The position numbers and the translations under genes are program-made. Below, piece by piece: positions 55,102 through 64,000 of a stretch of DNA of 64,000 bases. Within the stretch, counting starts at the first letter, position 1; each line of letters opens with the position of its first letter. Under the pieces are notes generated by a model. The model saw only the letters and a program-made list of their open reading frames with translations, was not told where the DNA came from and ran no database searches. The stretch is from Candidatus Aenigmatarchaeota archaeon (GTDB lineage Archaea > Aenigmatarchaeota > Aenigmatarchaeia > QMZP01). Location: positions 153 to 64,152 of the forward strand of contig JACQII010000001.1 in NCBI GenBank assembly GCA_016198585.1, read 5' to 3'.

Positions 55102-56235
55102 ATGGCCTTCACCGTCACGCCCTGGGACGTCCAGGGGAAGGTGGACTACGACCGCCTGATCAAAGAGTTCGGCACCAGGAAGATCGACGACCCGCTCCTG
55201 GGCCGGATGAAGAAGCACGTCAAGCAGCTCCATGTCATGCTGCGGCGGGGCTTCTTCTTCTCGCACCGGGACCTCGACCTCGTGCTCGACGACGTCGACC
55301 GCGGGAAAGGCTTCTTCCTCTACACCGGCCGCGGGCCCTCCGGGGCGATGCACATCGGCCACCTCACCCCCTTCCTGTTCAACAAGTGGCTCCAGGACGT
55401 CTTCAAGGTGAACCTGTACATCGAGATCACCGACGACGAGAAGTTCGTCCAGAAGGCCGACCGTGAGTGGGAGCAGGTCAGGGACCAGGCCGCCCAGGAC
55501 ATCCTCGACATCGCCGCGCTCGGTTTCGACCCGGACCGGACGTTCATCTTCCGGGACGCGGAGTATGTCAAGAACGTCTATCCGCTCATGCTCAAGGCCG
55601 CGCGGAAGATCACCTTCTCCACCGCCAAGGCAGTCTTCGGCTTCACCAACGAGACCAACATCGGGATGATCTTCTACCCGTCGTACCAGGTGATCCCGAC
55701 CTTCTTCGAGCAGAAGCGCTGCCTCATCCCGGCAGCCATCGACCAGGACCCGTACTGGAGGATCCAGCGGGACATCGCCGAAGGCCTGGGGTTCCACAAG
55801 ACCGCCGCGATCCACAACAAGCTCCTCCCCCCGCTGCAGGGCATGGAAGGGAAGATGAGCTCCAGCCGCCAGGAGAGCGCCATCTACCTGGCCGACTCGC
55901 CCGAGACGGTCCGCACGAAGATCATGAAGTATGCCTTCTCCGGCGGCGCAGGGAACCTCAAGGATCACCGGGAGAAGGGGGGGAACCCGGACGTGGACGT
56001 GGCCTTCCAGTGGCTGCACGCCCTCTTCGAGGAGGACGACAAGAAGATCCGCGACCTGGAGGCCGGTTACCGCAGCGGCCAGGTGACGACCGGCGAGATG
56101 AAAGACCACCTCATCGGGAACCTGACCGGTTTCCTGGAGACCCACCAGAAGCAGAAGAAGCACGCTGCGGCAGCCGCGAAGAAGATGCAGTACGACGGCA
56201 AGCTCGCCAAGCAGATGTGGGAGACCGTCTTCTGA
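55102..56235 (+). CDS. trpS: Tryptophanyl-tRNA synthetase (archaeal/eukaryal type)
   Basis: VTPW, YTGRGPS, HIGH, DQDPY, KMSSS, AFSGG motifs. Confidence 0.97.
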   Translation: MAFTVTPWDVQGKVDYDRLIKEFGTRKIDDPLLGRMKKHVKQLHVMLRRGFFFSHRDLDLVLDDVDRGKGFFLYTGRGPSGAMHIGHLTPFLFNKWLQDVFKVNLYIEITDDEKFVQKADREWEQVRDQAAQDILDIAALGFDPDRTFIFRDAEYVKNVYPLMLKAARKITFSTAKAVFGFTNETNIGMIFYPSYQVIPTFFEQKRCLIPAAIDQDPYWRIQRDIAEGLGFHKTAAIHNKLLPPLQGMEGKMSSSRQESAIYLADSPETVRTKIMKYAFSGGAGNLKDHREKGGNPDVDVAFQWLHALFEEDDKKIRDLEAGYRSGQVTTGEMKDHLIGNLTGFLETHQKQKKHAAAAAKKMQYDGKLAKQMWETVF

Positions 56236-56241
56236 GGTCGT

Positions 56242-56658
56242 ATGATCGAGAAATCCGCTGGCATCATCCTCTTCCGCGGGTCGCCGCCGCAGTTCCTGCT
56301 CCTCCATTACCCGGCTGGCCACTGGGACTTCGCCAAGGGCAAGCTCGAGCCAGGGGAGACCGAGTTGCAGGCTGCGCTGCGCGAGCTCCAGGAAGAGACG
56401 GGCATCACCCACGTCCAGGTCCTCCCAGACTTCAAGGAGACCATCCAGTACTACTTCCGGAAGGAGGGCGAGACCGTGCGCAAGACCGTGGTCGACTTCC
56501 TCGCCGAGACCGCCGAGAAGGACGTCCAGATCTCCGCCGAGCATATCGGCTACGTCTGGCTGCCCTACAAGGCCGCCCTCGAGAGGCTGACCTTCAAGAA
56601 CGCGAAACAGGAGCTTGAGAAGGCCAAGCAGTTCCTGCGCGCGCAGCGCCGCGCCTGA
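56242..56658 (+). CDS. NUDIX hydrolase (Ap4A hydrolase-like)
   Basis: HWDFAKGKLEPGE...RELQEETG, SAEH. Confidence 0.88.
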   Translation: MIEKSAGIILFRGSPPQFLLLHYPAGHWDFAKGKLEPGETELQAALRELQEETGITHVQVLPDFKETIQYYFRKEGETVRKTVVDFLAETAEKDVQISAEHIGYVWLPYKAALERLTFKNAKQELEKAKQFLRAQRRA

Positions 56659-56691
56659 ACGCCTTTTTAATCCCACGCGGGAACTTCAGGC

Positions 56692-57264
56692 ATGAAAGGC
56701 CTCTTGCTCCTCTCCGGGGGGATTGACTCGCCGGTTGCCGGCTCGCTCCTGCAGAAGGACATGGACCTCGAGGCGGTCCATTTCTCGTTCGCGCCGCTGA
56801 CGAATGACGAGCCAGAAGAGAAGTGCCGCGCCCTCGCAGGGAAGCTCGGCATCCGTCTCCATGTGATCAACATCGCGTCCGACCTCCAGCGCATCGCCCA
56901 GCTCTGCGACCGCAAGTACTATTTTGTCCTGATGAAGCGGCTCATGCTCCGGCGGGCCGAGGCCCTCGCCAAGAAGCAGGGATGCGACGTCCTGGTCACG
57001 GGCGAGAGCCTGGGGCAGGTCTCCTCCCAGACCGTCGACAACCTGCGCGCGATCGACGCCGCGACCGGCATGACCGTCCTGCGGCCGCTGATCGCGATGG
57101 ACAAGGAGGAGATCATCAAGATCGCCGAGCGGATCGGCACGTTCGCGGTCAGTTGCGGGAAGGAGATGTGCGACGTCCTGGGGCCCGACCATCCGGAAAC
57201 CCGCGCCCGGCTGGCGGACGTGGAGCGGCAGGAGCAGCAGCTTGCTGCTGCGCAGGACAAATGA
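56692..57264 (+). CDS. ThiI-like PP-loop protein lacking THUMP domain
   Basis: LLSGGIDSPVA, TGESLGQVSSQT, RPLIAMDKEEI motifs. Confidence 0.85.
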   Translation: MKGLLLLSGGIDSPVAGSLLQKDMDLEAVHFSFAPLTNDEPEEKCRALAGKLGIRLHVINIASDLQRIAQLCDRKYYFVLMKRLMLRRAEALAKKQGCDVLVTGESLGQVSSQTVDNLRAIDAATGMTVLRPLIAMDKEEIIKIAERIGTFAVSCGKEMCDVLGPDHPETRARLADVERQEQQLAAAQDK

Positions 57265-58206
57265 TTACGCTTGAGGCTTGATGGTCACGAGTTGGATCTC
57301 GAACGTCATGGTCTTGCCTGCGAGGAAGTGGTTGAGGTCGATGGTGAAGTTCTCCTCATCCACGGCGACGATCGTGCCCTGCCCGACCGGCGTGGTAATG
57401 GTCGACCCGACCGTCGGGTTGATAGTGATGATGATCTTGTCCGCGGTCACGGCGACGCTCGCGTTCCCGTAGGCCGTCGTAACGGTGTCGGTCTGGGGAG
57501 TGTACTTCACGAACGCCTTCTCTGAAGTGACGTTCACGATCTCCGCGGTCCAGCCCACGCCGGACAGGTTGTAGGTGTGGCCCACCTGCGCCAGCAGGGT
57601 CGTCTCGACAGAGTCGTTGGTGATCGCGCTGACCTTGTACTGGAGCGAGGTCGTGGGCGGGGTGAACACGTCACCGACCTTCTTGACGCCGAAGTTGGCG
57701 ATGAAGATCTCGAGCGGGACCTCGACGACCACGTCGATCTCTTCGGTCCTGTTCAGTTCCTGGGAGCGCGGCATCTCCTGGATCGCGAGCGGGTTGCTCG
57801 GTCCGTAGCCCTTCTCGGGCGGGATCGTGACCGTCTTGCGCTCGCCGACGCGCATCCCGACCAGGGCCTCGTCGAAGCCGGCGATCACCTGCTGGTTCCC
57901 GACGGTGAAGGTGAGGACTTCGAACGTGGGCCGTTGGATGTTGTTCGCAATCGCCACGGCCTGGATGTTGGTGTCGAACACCTTGCCGTCTGCGGATCCG
58001 GTGTAGTAGACCGAGACCGTGTCGCCCGCCTTGGCGACCGGTGCGAGCAGCATGCCGGTCAGCGGGTTCATGCCCGCCGCAGTCACGAACGCGACGACGC
58101 CGAGCACGATGATGACGCCGGCGTAGGCCAGCGGCCTCCGCTTCCGTTTCTGGCCGGGCTGGGTCGCGCCGGGCTGGGCGGGATTGAATTCGTAAGCTTC
58201 ATCCAT
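57265..58206 (-). CDS. Membrane-anchored FKBP-type peptidyl-prolyl isomerase
   Basis: N-terminal TM; VYYTG...FDT, VIAGFDEAL, PPEKGYG, DLNHFLAGKTMTF. Confidence 0.9.
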   Translation of the reverse strand: MDEAYEFNPAQPGATQPGQKRKRRPLAYAGVIIVLGVVAFVTAAGMNPLTGMLLAPVAKAGDTVSVYYTGSADGKVFDTNIQAVAIANNIQRPTFEVLTFTVGNQQVIAGFDEALVGMRVGERKTVTIPPEKGYGPSNPLAIQEMPRSQELNRTEEIDVVVEVPLEIFIANFGVKKVGDVFTPPTTSLQYKVSAITNDSVETTLLAQVGHTYNLSGVGWTAEIVNVTSEKAFVKYTPQTDTVTTAYGNASVAVTADKIIITINPTVGSTITTPVGQGTIVAVDEENFTIDLNHFLAGKTMTFEIQLVTIKPQA

Positions 58207-58246
58207 GCGAGTCGATTGGGGAGGATGATTTAAATAGGTGCGCGTG

Positions 58247-58903
58247 CTACTGCCAGCGGTCGAGGAGTCCGGGCAGGGTCCGCAGCGACCGGAGATCGCC
58301 CCCGCCGTCCCGCTGCAGGAACAGGGCGCGCCATCCCAGCCGCCGGGCAGGGACGATGTCCGAGTCCTGTGAATCCCCCACCATCACCGCCTCCTGGGGC
58401 GAACATCCCAGCCGCTCCAAGATCATGCGGAAGATCCGGGGATCCGGCTTGCGGATCCCGACCTGGAACGAGAACGTCGCGGCGTCGACAAACCGGGCGA
58501 GGCCCGTCTCCTCGAGGATGGTGCGGTCATGCTGCTGGACGTTCGTCAAGACGCCAACCTTGAGGTGCCGTTCGCGCAGGGCGGCGAGCGCGCGCGGGAC
58601 GTCGCGATAGACCACCGGGTCGAACCGGGCATTGACCTCCCGCAGCACGCGGATAAAGTCTGGCCGGAAGCGGGGAGGGATCTGCAATCGCCGCGCGAGC
58701 TCAGCGTAGCCCGCTCCAGGTGGGTGCCACTCCCGCGTATTCAGGACGTCGGAGAAGACAGGCATGAACGTCCGGTAGTCGTACGGCAGGCCCATGCGCG
58801 CGTAGCACGCGCCGATCAGCCGGTCGCTGAACTCATACCGCACGGTCTCGCCGCGCGGATGCACGAGCGTGTACCAGAGGTCGAAGACGACCGCTTTTAT
58901 CAT
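58247..58903 (-). CDS. HAD family hydrolase
   Basis: FDLWYTL, LTN, KPDPRIF, MVGDSQDSD motifs. Confidence 0.9.
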   Translation of the reverse strand: MIKAVVFDLWYTLVHPRGETVRYEFSDRLIGACYARMGLPYDYRTFMPVFSDVLNTREWHPPGAGYAELARRLQIPPRFRPDFIRVLREVNARFDPVVYRDVPRALAALRERHLKVGVLTNVQQHDRTILEETGLARFVDAATFSFQVGIRKPDPRIFRMILERLGCSPQEAVMVGDSQDSDIVPARRLGWRALFLQRDGGGDLRSLRTLPGLLDRWQ

Positions 58904-58986
58904 ACCCCCATTTTCTTCCCTGGCATATTAAACGGCTCCTCCAGGTCTGCACCGGCCTTTTAAAGGCCGGCAGCGTAGTCTGATGC

Positions 58987-59658
58987 ATGTTCAAGGAGCT
59001 CCTCACCAGCCCGCATGGCCACGATCAGCACAACTTCATCTACGTCGTGCATGCCATCAACCCCCTGTATCAGGGGCCCGTCGACGCCCGGCTCGTCCAG
59101 AGGAAGCTGCGGCGGATGCGGCGTAGAGGAGCCTTCTACTGCGGCTCGCTGGTGGGATGCCTGGATACCGATAGGGCCCAAGCGATGTTCCCGCGGTACC
59201 GGGTGAATGCGCCCATCTCGCAGACGGGAACCGACGGTTCATACGGGTTCATCCTCGATATCCCGTCCGACGACGTTGTCGCCATCTCCTCGCGGGCCGA
59301 CCTGCACACCCCCAAGGGGCAGGCGAAGCTCAGGGGCTTCGTCTCCGGCTATCGTGCCCAACCGGATGATCCCCTGATGCTCTTGGCCATGAGCGAAGGC
59401 AGCGAACTCGCGCTCCCTTACAACGAGCTCATCCTGAAGGGCGACCGCGCGACCGGTATTGTCGGTGTGTTCTATCAGGATGATGAAGGATGCTCGCGAA
59501 ACAGGCAGAATGGAGAGGTGCTCGCGGCGGCTGTCCAGGCGGTGGGTGAGGCAGGCGTTCCGCTCATCCCCATCGTTCACCCGGAGGAATCCCTGGGCGT
59601 GCTGATCGGTCAGACATCCCCCGACGACGTTATCCGCGCCCTCCGGGTACGCGAGTAG
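58987..59658 (+). CDS. Hypothetical protein, possible ADP-ribosyltransferase-like fold
   Basis: YVVHA...GSLV...YGFIL...YNELIL pattern; TTTAAAG box upstream. Confidence 0.5.
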   Translation: MFKELLTSPHGHDQHNFIYVVHAINPLYQGPVDARLVQRKLRRMRRRGAFYCGSLVGCLDTDRAQAMFPRYRVNAPISQTGTDGSYGFILDIPSDDVVAISSRADLHTPKGQAKLRGFVSGYRAQPDDPLMLLAMSEGSELALPYNELILKGDRATGIVGVFYQDDEGCSRNRQNGEVLAAAVQAVGEAGVPLIPIVHPEESLGVLIGQTSPDDVIRALRVRE

Positions 59659-59660
59659 CC

Positions 59661-60275
59661 CTAGAGCAGCCCGAAGAGCACAAGGGCGCCGTAGACGATG
59701 CTCAGGCCTGCGCTCCCCGCGACGAGCGGTGTCCGGAAACGGGCAGCGGCCGTGCGCATGAGGCCGCTGAAGAGCAGCATCCCCCCGAGGACGCCGGCGC
59801 CGAACACCGCGATCCCCGCGACCAGGCCGAGCACGGAGGAGAGCCCGATCGACACCAGGACCAGGAGCTCGTCGTTACTCGCCAGCCCCTGCACCACACC
59901 CATCCCCAGCAGGTGGCGGTGATCGTGGGTCTCGCCAGCATGCTTGTGCGGATGCGAATGGACGAGCCTGCCATGGTGGTGTGGATGGGCATGCAACCCT
60001 TTGAGTGTTACGATCCCCACCCCGATCAACATAATAGCGACCACGGCTTCCATCTGTCCAAGGAAGCGCGAGAGCACCGCGTCCTTGAAGACCAAGAGGA
60101 GGATGGTAACCGCGACCGCAGTCAGCATATGTCCGGCCGCCCAGGACGATCCCGAGGCCAATGCTCCGCGCAACGTCTGCGCGCGGGCCGCAGACGTCGA
60201 GACGGCCAGCAGGTGGTCGGCGTCCAGGCTGTGGCGGAGGCCAAGCAGGAACGCAACGAGCAGCGCGATCTCCAT
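59661..60275 (-). CDS. Nickel transporter, NiCoT/UreH-like
   Basis: GLRHSLDADH, GH, His-rich loop HAHPHHHG, 6 TM helices. Confidence 0.85.
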   Translation of the reverse strand: MEIALLVAFLLGLRHSLDADHLLAVSTSAARAQTLRGALASGSSWAAGHMLTAVAVTILLLVFKDAVLSRFLGQMEAVVAIMLIGVGIVTLKGLHAHPHHHGRLVHSHPHKHAGETHDHRHLLGMGVVQGLASNDELLVLVSIGLSSVLGLVAGIAVFGAGVLGGMLLFSGLMRTAAARFRTPLVAGSAGLSIVYGALVLFGLL

Positions 60276-60305
60276 GCTTGCACTTGATGAGCGGATTTAA
60301 AACAG

Positions 60306-60566
60306 CTATTTCTTGGCGTGCAGCCAGACCTTGCCTACGATGGCCTCGCGCGGGACCGGGCCCACGCGGCCGCTCGCGGTCGCGTTGTCGCCCGCCACGA
60401 AGTACATCCCGTCGTCCGCCAGGTAGACGCGCTTGATGATGTGCTCGCCCTTCCAGCGCAGGACGACGACGTCGCCCTCATGCGGCGTTCCCGGCCTCAC
60501 CAGGACGTAATCACCCTCGTGGAACGCCGGCAACATGCTCTCGTCTTCGACACGGAAACGCATCAT
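60306..60566 (-). CDS. sodX: NiSOD maturation peptidase (S26-like)
   Basis: VEDESMLP, IIKR, GDNA motifs; ATGA-coupled to sodN. Confidence 0.85.
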   Translation of the reverse strand: MMRFRVEDESMLPAFHEGDYVLVRPGTPHEGDVVVLRWKGEHIIKRVYLADDGMYFVAGDNATASGRVGPVPREAIVGKVWLHAKK

Positions 60567-61069
60567 AGTTTCGGATACACCGTCTCGCGCGCGGTCGGAT
60601 AGGGGGCCTTCACGCGGACCGTCTTGATTCCCTTGGTCTCCCAGAAGATCTCGGCGATCTTGTTGACCGTCTCGAGCAACTCCTCGGCCGCCTGGAGGTT
60701 CGCCTCCTGGCGGGCTTTCGAACCAAGCTTCATAGCCTTCCACACCAGCTCGTGCAGCTGCGGGTGCTTCTGGAGGTGCTCGGGCTTGAAGTAGTCCCCC
60801 CAGAGGATCCGGACCTCGTGCTTGCAGACCTCAGCATGCTCTTCCTTGGTGGCGATGTACCGGATCATGCTGTTGCGGAAGTCAGCGTCGTGCTGCTCGT
60901 GTTTCTGCTCGAGTTCCTGGGCGAGGGTGACCATGCGGACCACCGTGTGGGCGGCCATCAGCGCCCGGTGCGGGTCATAGATCCCGCAGGGGATGTCGCA
61001 GTGGGCGCGCGCGACTGGTGCGGGAGCGATCGTGTCGAGCATCCGGAAGAGCGCGTGCAGAAAGGACAT
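60563..61069 (-). CDS. sodN: Nickel superoxide dismutase precursor
   Basis: Leader peptide then the Ni-hook HCDIPCGIY; ILWGDYFK and IFWETK. Confidence 0.95.
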   Translation of the reverse strand: MSFLHALFRMLDTIAPAPVARAHCDIPCGIYDPHRALMAAHTVVRMVTLAQELEQKHEQHDADFRNSMIRYIATKEEHAEVCKHEVRILWGDYFKPEHLQKHPQLHELVWKAMKLGSKARQEANLQAAEELLETVNKIAEIFWETKGIKTVRVKAPYPTARETVYPKL

Positions 61070-61134
61070 GCAGAGTATTGGCGGTGTGATTTTTAAACGT
61101 TGTTGTCGGAAAAATTTGCCATTCTACTGGGAAA

Positions 61135-61575
61135 TCACCTTCTTGGTGAAGCATCGACGAGCGGTTTCACCCTGCCCAGGAAATCTCTTGCGAAAGAAAG
61201 GCAAGCGCGTGCATCTTCCGGTACGATGTCCACGGCTTTATAGATGGAATCGTGCCTCAACTGCCTGAACCGGTCGAATTGTGCGATGACCGTCTCCGGG
61301 AACTGGGGACCATAATATTCCCGTAAAAAGCTGAGCGTTGCCTCGTGGGAATACGGCTTGAATCCTGCGAGTGACATCAAGGACTGCGCGGCTTCCCGTG
61401 CGGTTTCGTACGCATCTTCAAGGACAAAGGCAGCGGTCTCGGTGGTCGCCGCTCTTGTCGTGACGTACTGCAGCCGCTTTTCTGCCTTCTGAAGCAGCGA
61501 GCGGGATTCTTCCGGGTCCGGAGTCTTTCTCTTCGCCTTTCCCATCTTCAGGTACCTCTCAAACGAGTTTATCAT
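61135..61575 (-). CDS. HEPN domain protein
   Basis: Helical, SHEA and RQLRHDSIY (Rx3H); coupled to the MNT gene. Confidence 0.8.
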   Translation of the reverse strand: MINSFERYLKMGKAKRKTPDPEESRSLLQKAEKRLQYVTTRAATTETAAFVLEDAYETAREAAQSLMSLAGFKPYSHEATLSFLREYYGPQFPETVIAQFDRFRQLRHDSIYKAVDIVPEDARACLSFARDFLGRVKPLVDASPRR

Positions 61576-62159
61576 CAGACCACCTTTACATACCCATGCA
61601 ACACGACGCCATTCGCCACCGCGTTCTTGAATTCTGCCGGGCTATGGTCAAGCGAGGGGAGGACGTGCAGGTCTATCTTTCTGGAAAACGCTACCTCATA
61701 TGGACGGAGCACATCCCCCGCGTCAGAACGCTTGCGGTTGGTGATCACCAGGAGGTCGATATCGCTTTCCTCGATATCCTCCCCCTTCGCAAAGGAACCA
61801 AAGACGACGATCGCCTCCGGCGTATACAAGTCCCGAAGCACATCAACGAAGCCGCGGCTGAGTTGATAGAGGTTGAACACCCTCTTGTAGTCCGTATACT
61901 TCTGTGACTCAGTATTCGCGGTGATATCTTTTGCAAGGGGGTTGTCAACAATCCGCACAATCCCGTACGTCTTTAACTCCTCTATGCATGCGCTCACCGC
62001 GGTCGTTGAAAAGCCGGTCTTATGCGCAAGCTCCCGCAGATGAAATGTTTTGTTAGGGAATGCAAAGAAAACCCTGGCGACACCGAACCCTACCCGTGTC
62101 CCGAAGGGGATCGCCGTCGGGCCAGCCCGAACGGCAGGAATGTTTTTTTTCCGTGTCAT
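61575..62159 (-). CDS. wHTH + minimal nucleotidyltransferase (MNT) antitoxin-like protein
   Basis: FHLRELA HTH; FGSFAKGE...SDIDL. Confidence 0.88.
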   Translation of the reverse strand: MTRKKNIPAVRAGPTAIPFGTRVGFGVARVFFAFPNKTFHLRELAHKTGFSTTAVSACIEELKTYGIVRIVDNPLAKDITANTESQKYTDYKRVFNLYQLSRGFVDVLRDLYTPEAIVVFGSFAKGEDIEESDIDLLVITNRKRSDAGDVLRPYEVAFSRKIDLHVLPSLDHSPAEFKNAVANGVVLHGYVKVV

Positions 62160-62215
62160 ATGTCATATTATAGAAACAGCTGTTATTTAAAGTTTTCTGT
62201 CCGCTTTGGAACCGT

Positions 62216-64000
62216 CTACACCTGCGCGATCCGGGTGGCGCCGCCTGCGTCCTTGTCGCGCTCCAGGCGGTACACGTGCTCGAGCCCTTCGGACAGCGCA
62301 GGGTCGTGGGTGATCAGGAAGACCTGCTCCGCGAACCGCGGCATCTGCTCGCGCAAGATCTCGGCGAACGTCGCGATCGCCGCCGCGTCGAGGTTGTGGG
62401 TCGGCTCGTCCAGGATGAGCCACTTCAGCGTCGGCAGGAAGGCCAGCGAGAAGGCGATCCGCAGGGCCAGCGTGGCCAGGCTCCGCTCGCCGCCTGACGC
62501 GGTGTCGGCGTCGATCCACTCCCGGGCCCGCAGCTGCAGGACGTAGTCACCCTCCGCGACCCCCAGCCGGACCGAAGTGAAGTCGCCGTAGGGATAGAGG
62601 TCGCGCCAGATCGTCTCAAGGATCAGGTTCACGTTGCCGAGGAATCCGGTGCGCAAGTCCTCTTGGGTCAACTTCACCGCGAGCCCAAATCCTTCGAGGG
62701 CAACGGCGACTGCGCCGTCCCGCGCCAGCGACGCACGGTACGTGGCGAGCATGTTCTCCCGCCGGGCGAGCTCCTGCAGCGACGCCTGCTTGTCCGCCAG
62801 CCGCACTCGCAGGCCGCGCAGTTCAGCCTCGATCTCGCGCTCACGGACCAGCTGCTCCTGGAAGACCTCCCGCAGGCCCCGCACATCCCGGCCCTGCGCG
62901 CCCTTCTGAAGGCCGGCGATCGCGGTCTCGTACTCCCGCTTGACGCGCAGGATGTCCTGGAGCTTGGCCTCCAGCTCGCGGATCTCCTGGAAGGCCTGGG
63001 CGACCCGGTCGCGTTCGAGCCGCCGCTCCGCCAGGGTCTTCTCCAGGGTGGTAATCTCCTCGGCCATCACCCCCGCGACCCGGTGCTTCTGCTCCTTCTC
63101 CTGGCCGAGCCCGGTCACTTCGGCAGCCTTCCGCCGCATCAGGTCAGTCTTCCGTTCTCCCGCAACGGGGTTCTCGCAGAGCGGACAGACACCGTCGATC
63201 CCGCTGATCTGTGCCAGGTTGTCGGCCGTGAGCTTCTCCCGGGTAGCAGCGGCATGGATCTCGCCCATCAGCCGTTCCAGCGACTCGCGCTTCTGCGCGA
63301 CGACGTTCTCCATCCGCTCGATCTCCATGTCCATCCGGCCGATGTCCTTGCCCCGGACCACCTTCCGGTTCCTGCCCTCGCGCAGCTCAATCTCCAGCAG
63401 GCCTCCCTTCAGGCCTTCCAACATCCGCACGGTCCGATCCAGCTCGGCCTGCCGCTGTTCAACGCCCGCCAGGTCCTGGGAGGCCCGCTGCCGTGCCTCG
63501 GCGGCCGACGACCGGTCCCCTTCCTTCTGGACAACCACCGCGTAGAGGTCGCGGATCTCCTGGCCGAGGGCGGCGGCCTTCTCCTCGACGCCGTCCTTCT
63601 CGAGGTCGGCCACGATCCGGGTCTTCTCCTCCCGGCCGACGCGCACCCGTCCCTCCAGGGCGACCGCCTCGGTCCGCACGGCCTCGAAGCGGTCGAGTCG
63701 CAGCATCCGGTCGATGTGCTGCCGCCGCTGGCCGGTGGGGATCTTCAGGAAGAGGTCGAGGCCGTTCTGCTCGGCGTAGACGGCCTTCGCGAAGATGTCA
63801 TAGTCCATCCCGAGGGCCCGCTCGACCTCGCGGGTGACGCCACGCGGGCTCACCTCCACCAGGGCGCCGTCCTGCCGAAATTCTGCAGACGAGCTCTTGC
63901 CGCGACGGATCTCGCGCGTAACCAGGAAGTCTTTCCCGCCGACGGTGAAGCCGACCTCCACGGCGGCCCGGTCCTTCCCGGCCATGATCAGATCCTCGAG
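62216..64000 (-). CDS. rad50: Rad50/SbcC-like SMC ATPase (5' end outside window)
   Basis: Q-loop YAEQ, CPLC zinc hook, SGGE signature, LILDEPT; frame stays open to the window edge. Confidence 0.9.
   Translation of the reverse strand, partial: LEDLIMAGKDRAAVEVGFTVGGKDFLVTREIRRGKSSSAEFRQDGALVEVSPRGVTREVERALGMDYDIFAKAVYAEQNGLDLFLKIPTGQRRQHIDRMLRLDRFEAVRTEAVALEGRVRVGREEKTRIVADLEKDGVEEKAAALGQEIRDLYAVVVQKEGDRSSAAEARQRASQDLAGVEQRQAELDRTVRMLEGLKGGLLEIELREGRNRKVVRGKDIGRMDMEIERMENVVAQKRESLERLMGEIHAAATREKLTADNLAQISGIDGVCPLCENPVAGERKTDLMRRKAAEVTGLGQEKEQKHRVAGVMAEEITTLEKTLAERRLERDRVAQAFQEIRELEAKLQDILRVKREYETAIAGLQKGAQGRDVRGLREVFQEQLVREREIEAELRGLRVRLADKQASLQELARRENMLATYRASLARDGAVAVALEGFGLAVKLTQEDLRTGFLGNVNLILETIWRDLYPYGDFTSVRLGVAEGDYVLQLRAREWIDADTASGGERSLATLALRIAFSLAFLPTLKWLILDEPTHNLDAAAIATFAEILREQMPRFAEQVFLITHDPALSEGLEHVYRLERDKDAGGATRIAQV

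Noticed and set aside
1-64000. CRISPR array, IS element, intein or provirus
   Set aside because: No regularly spaced repeats, transposase or integrase motifs, intein termini or viral hallmark genes were seen.

Overview
This is a GC-rich, gene-dense archaeal chromosome segment. Archaeal markers include TBP, rpl37e, rps8e, rpl15e, Sm, fibrillarin, RadB, PINA, an A-type ATP synthase and an ATP-dependent DNA ligase. The gene repertoire suggests a DPANN-type lineage, but this is inference only. Most of the window is housekeeping: translation, a complete A1Ao ATP synthase operon, a B12-dependent class II RNR cluster (nrdJ, pduO, nrdR), riboflavin/FAD genes, pyrBI, glycosyltransferases, a pilus-type ATPase and a partial Rad50. 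I saw no rRNA, tRNA, CRISPR array or transposase. The most notable signals are: (1) an Lrp/asparaginase locus flanked by two paralogous Cys-rich zinc-finger genes, with an unannotated 41-aa zinc-finger minigene and a strongly structured ~100-nt RNA leader; (2) an unannotated 18-aa acidic micropeptide with its own promoter, SD and T-tract; (3) two tandem bacterial-type NrdR boxes downstream of an archaeal TATA box; (4) a complete NiSOD module (sodN, sodX, Ni transporter) in an archaeon; (5) a pair of divergent PRTase-like genes coupled to fibrillarin; (6) an ART-fold-like orphan; (7) several hairpin, palindrome and uORF elements. Many start codons were reassigned from the ORF track using TATA-to-ATG spacing and ATGA overlaps. 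All calls come from motif recognition without database searches.
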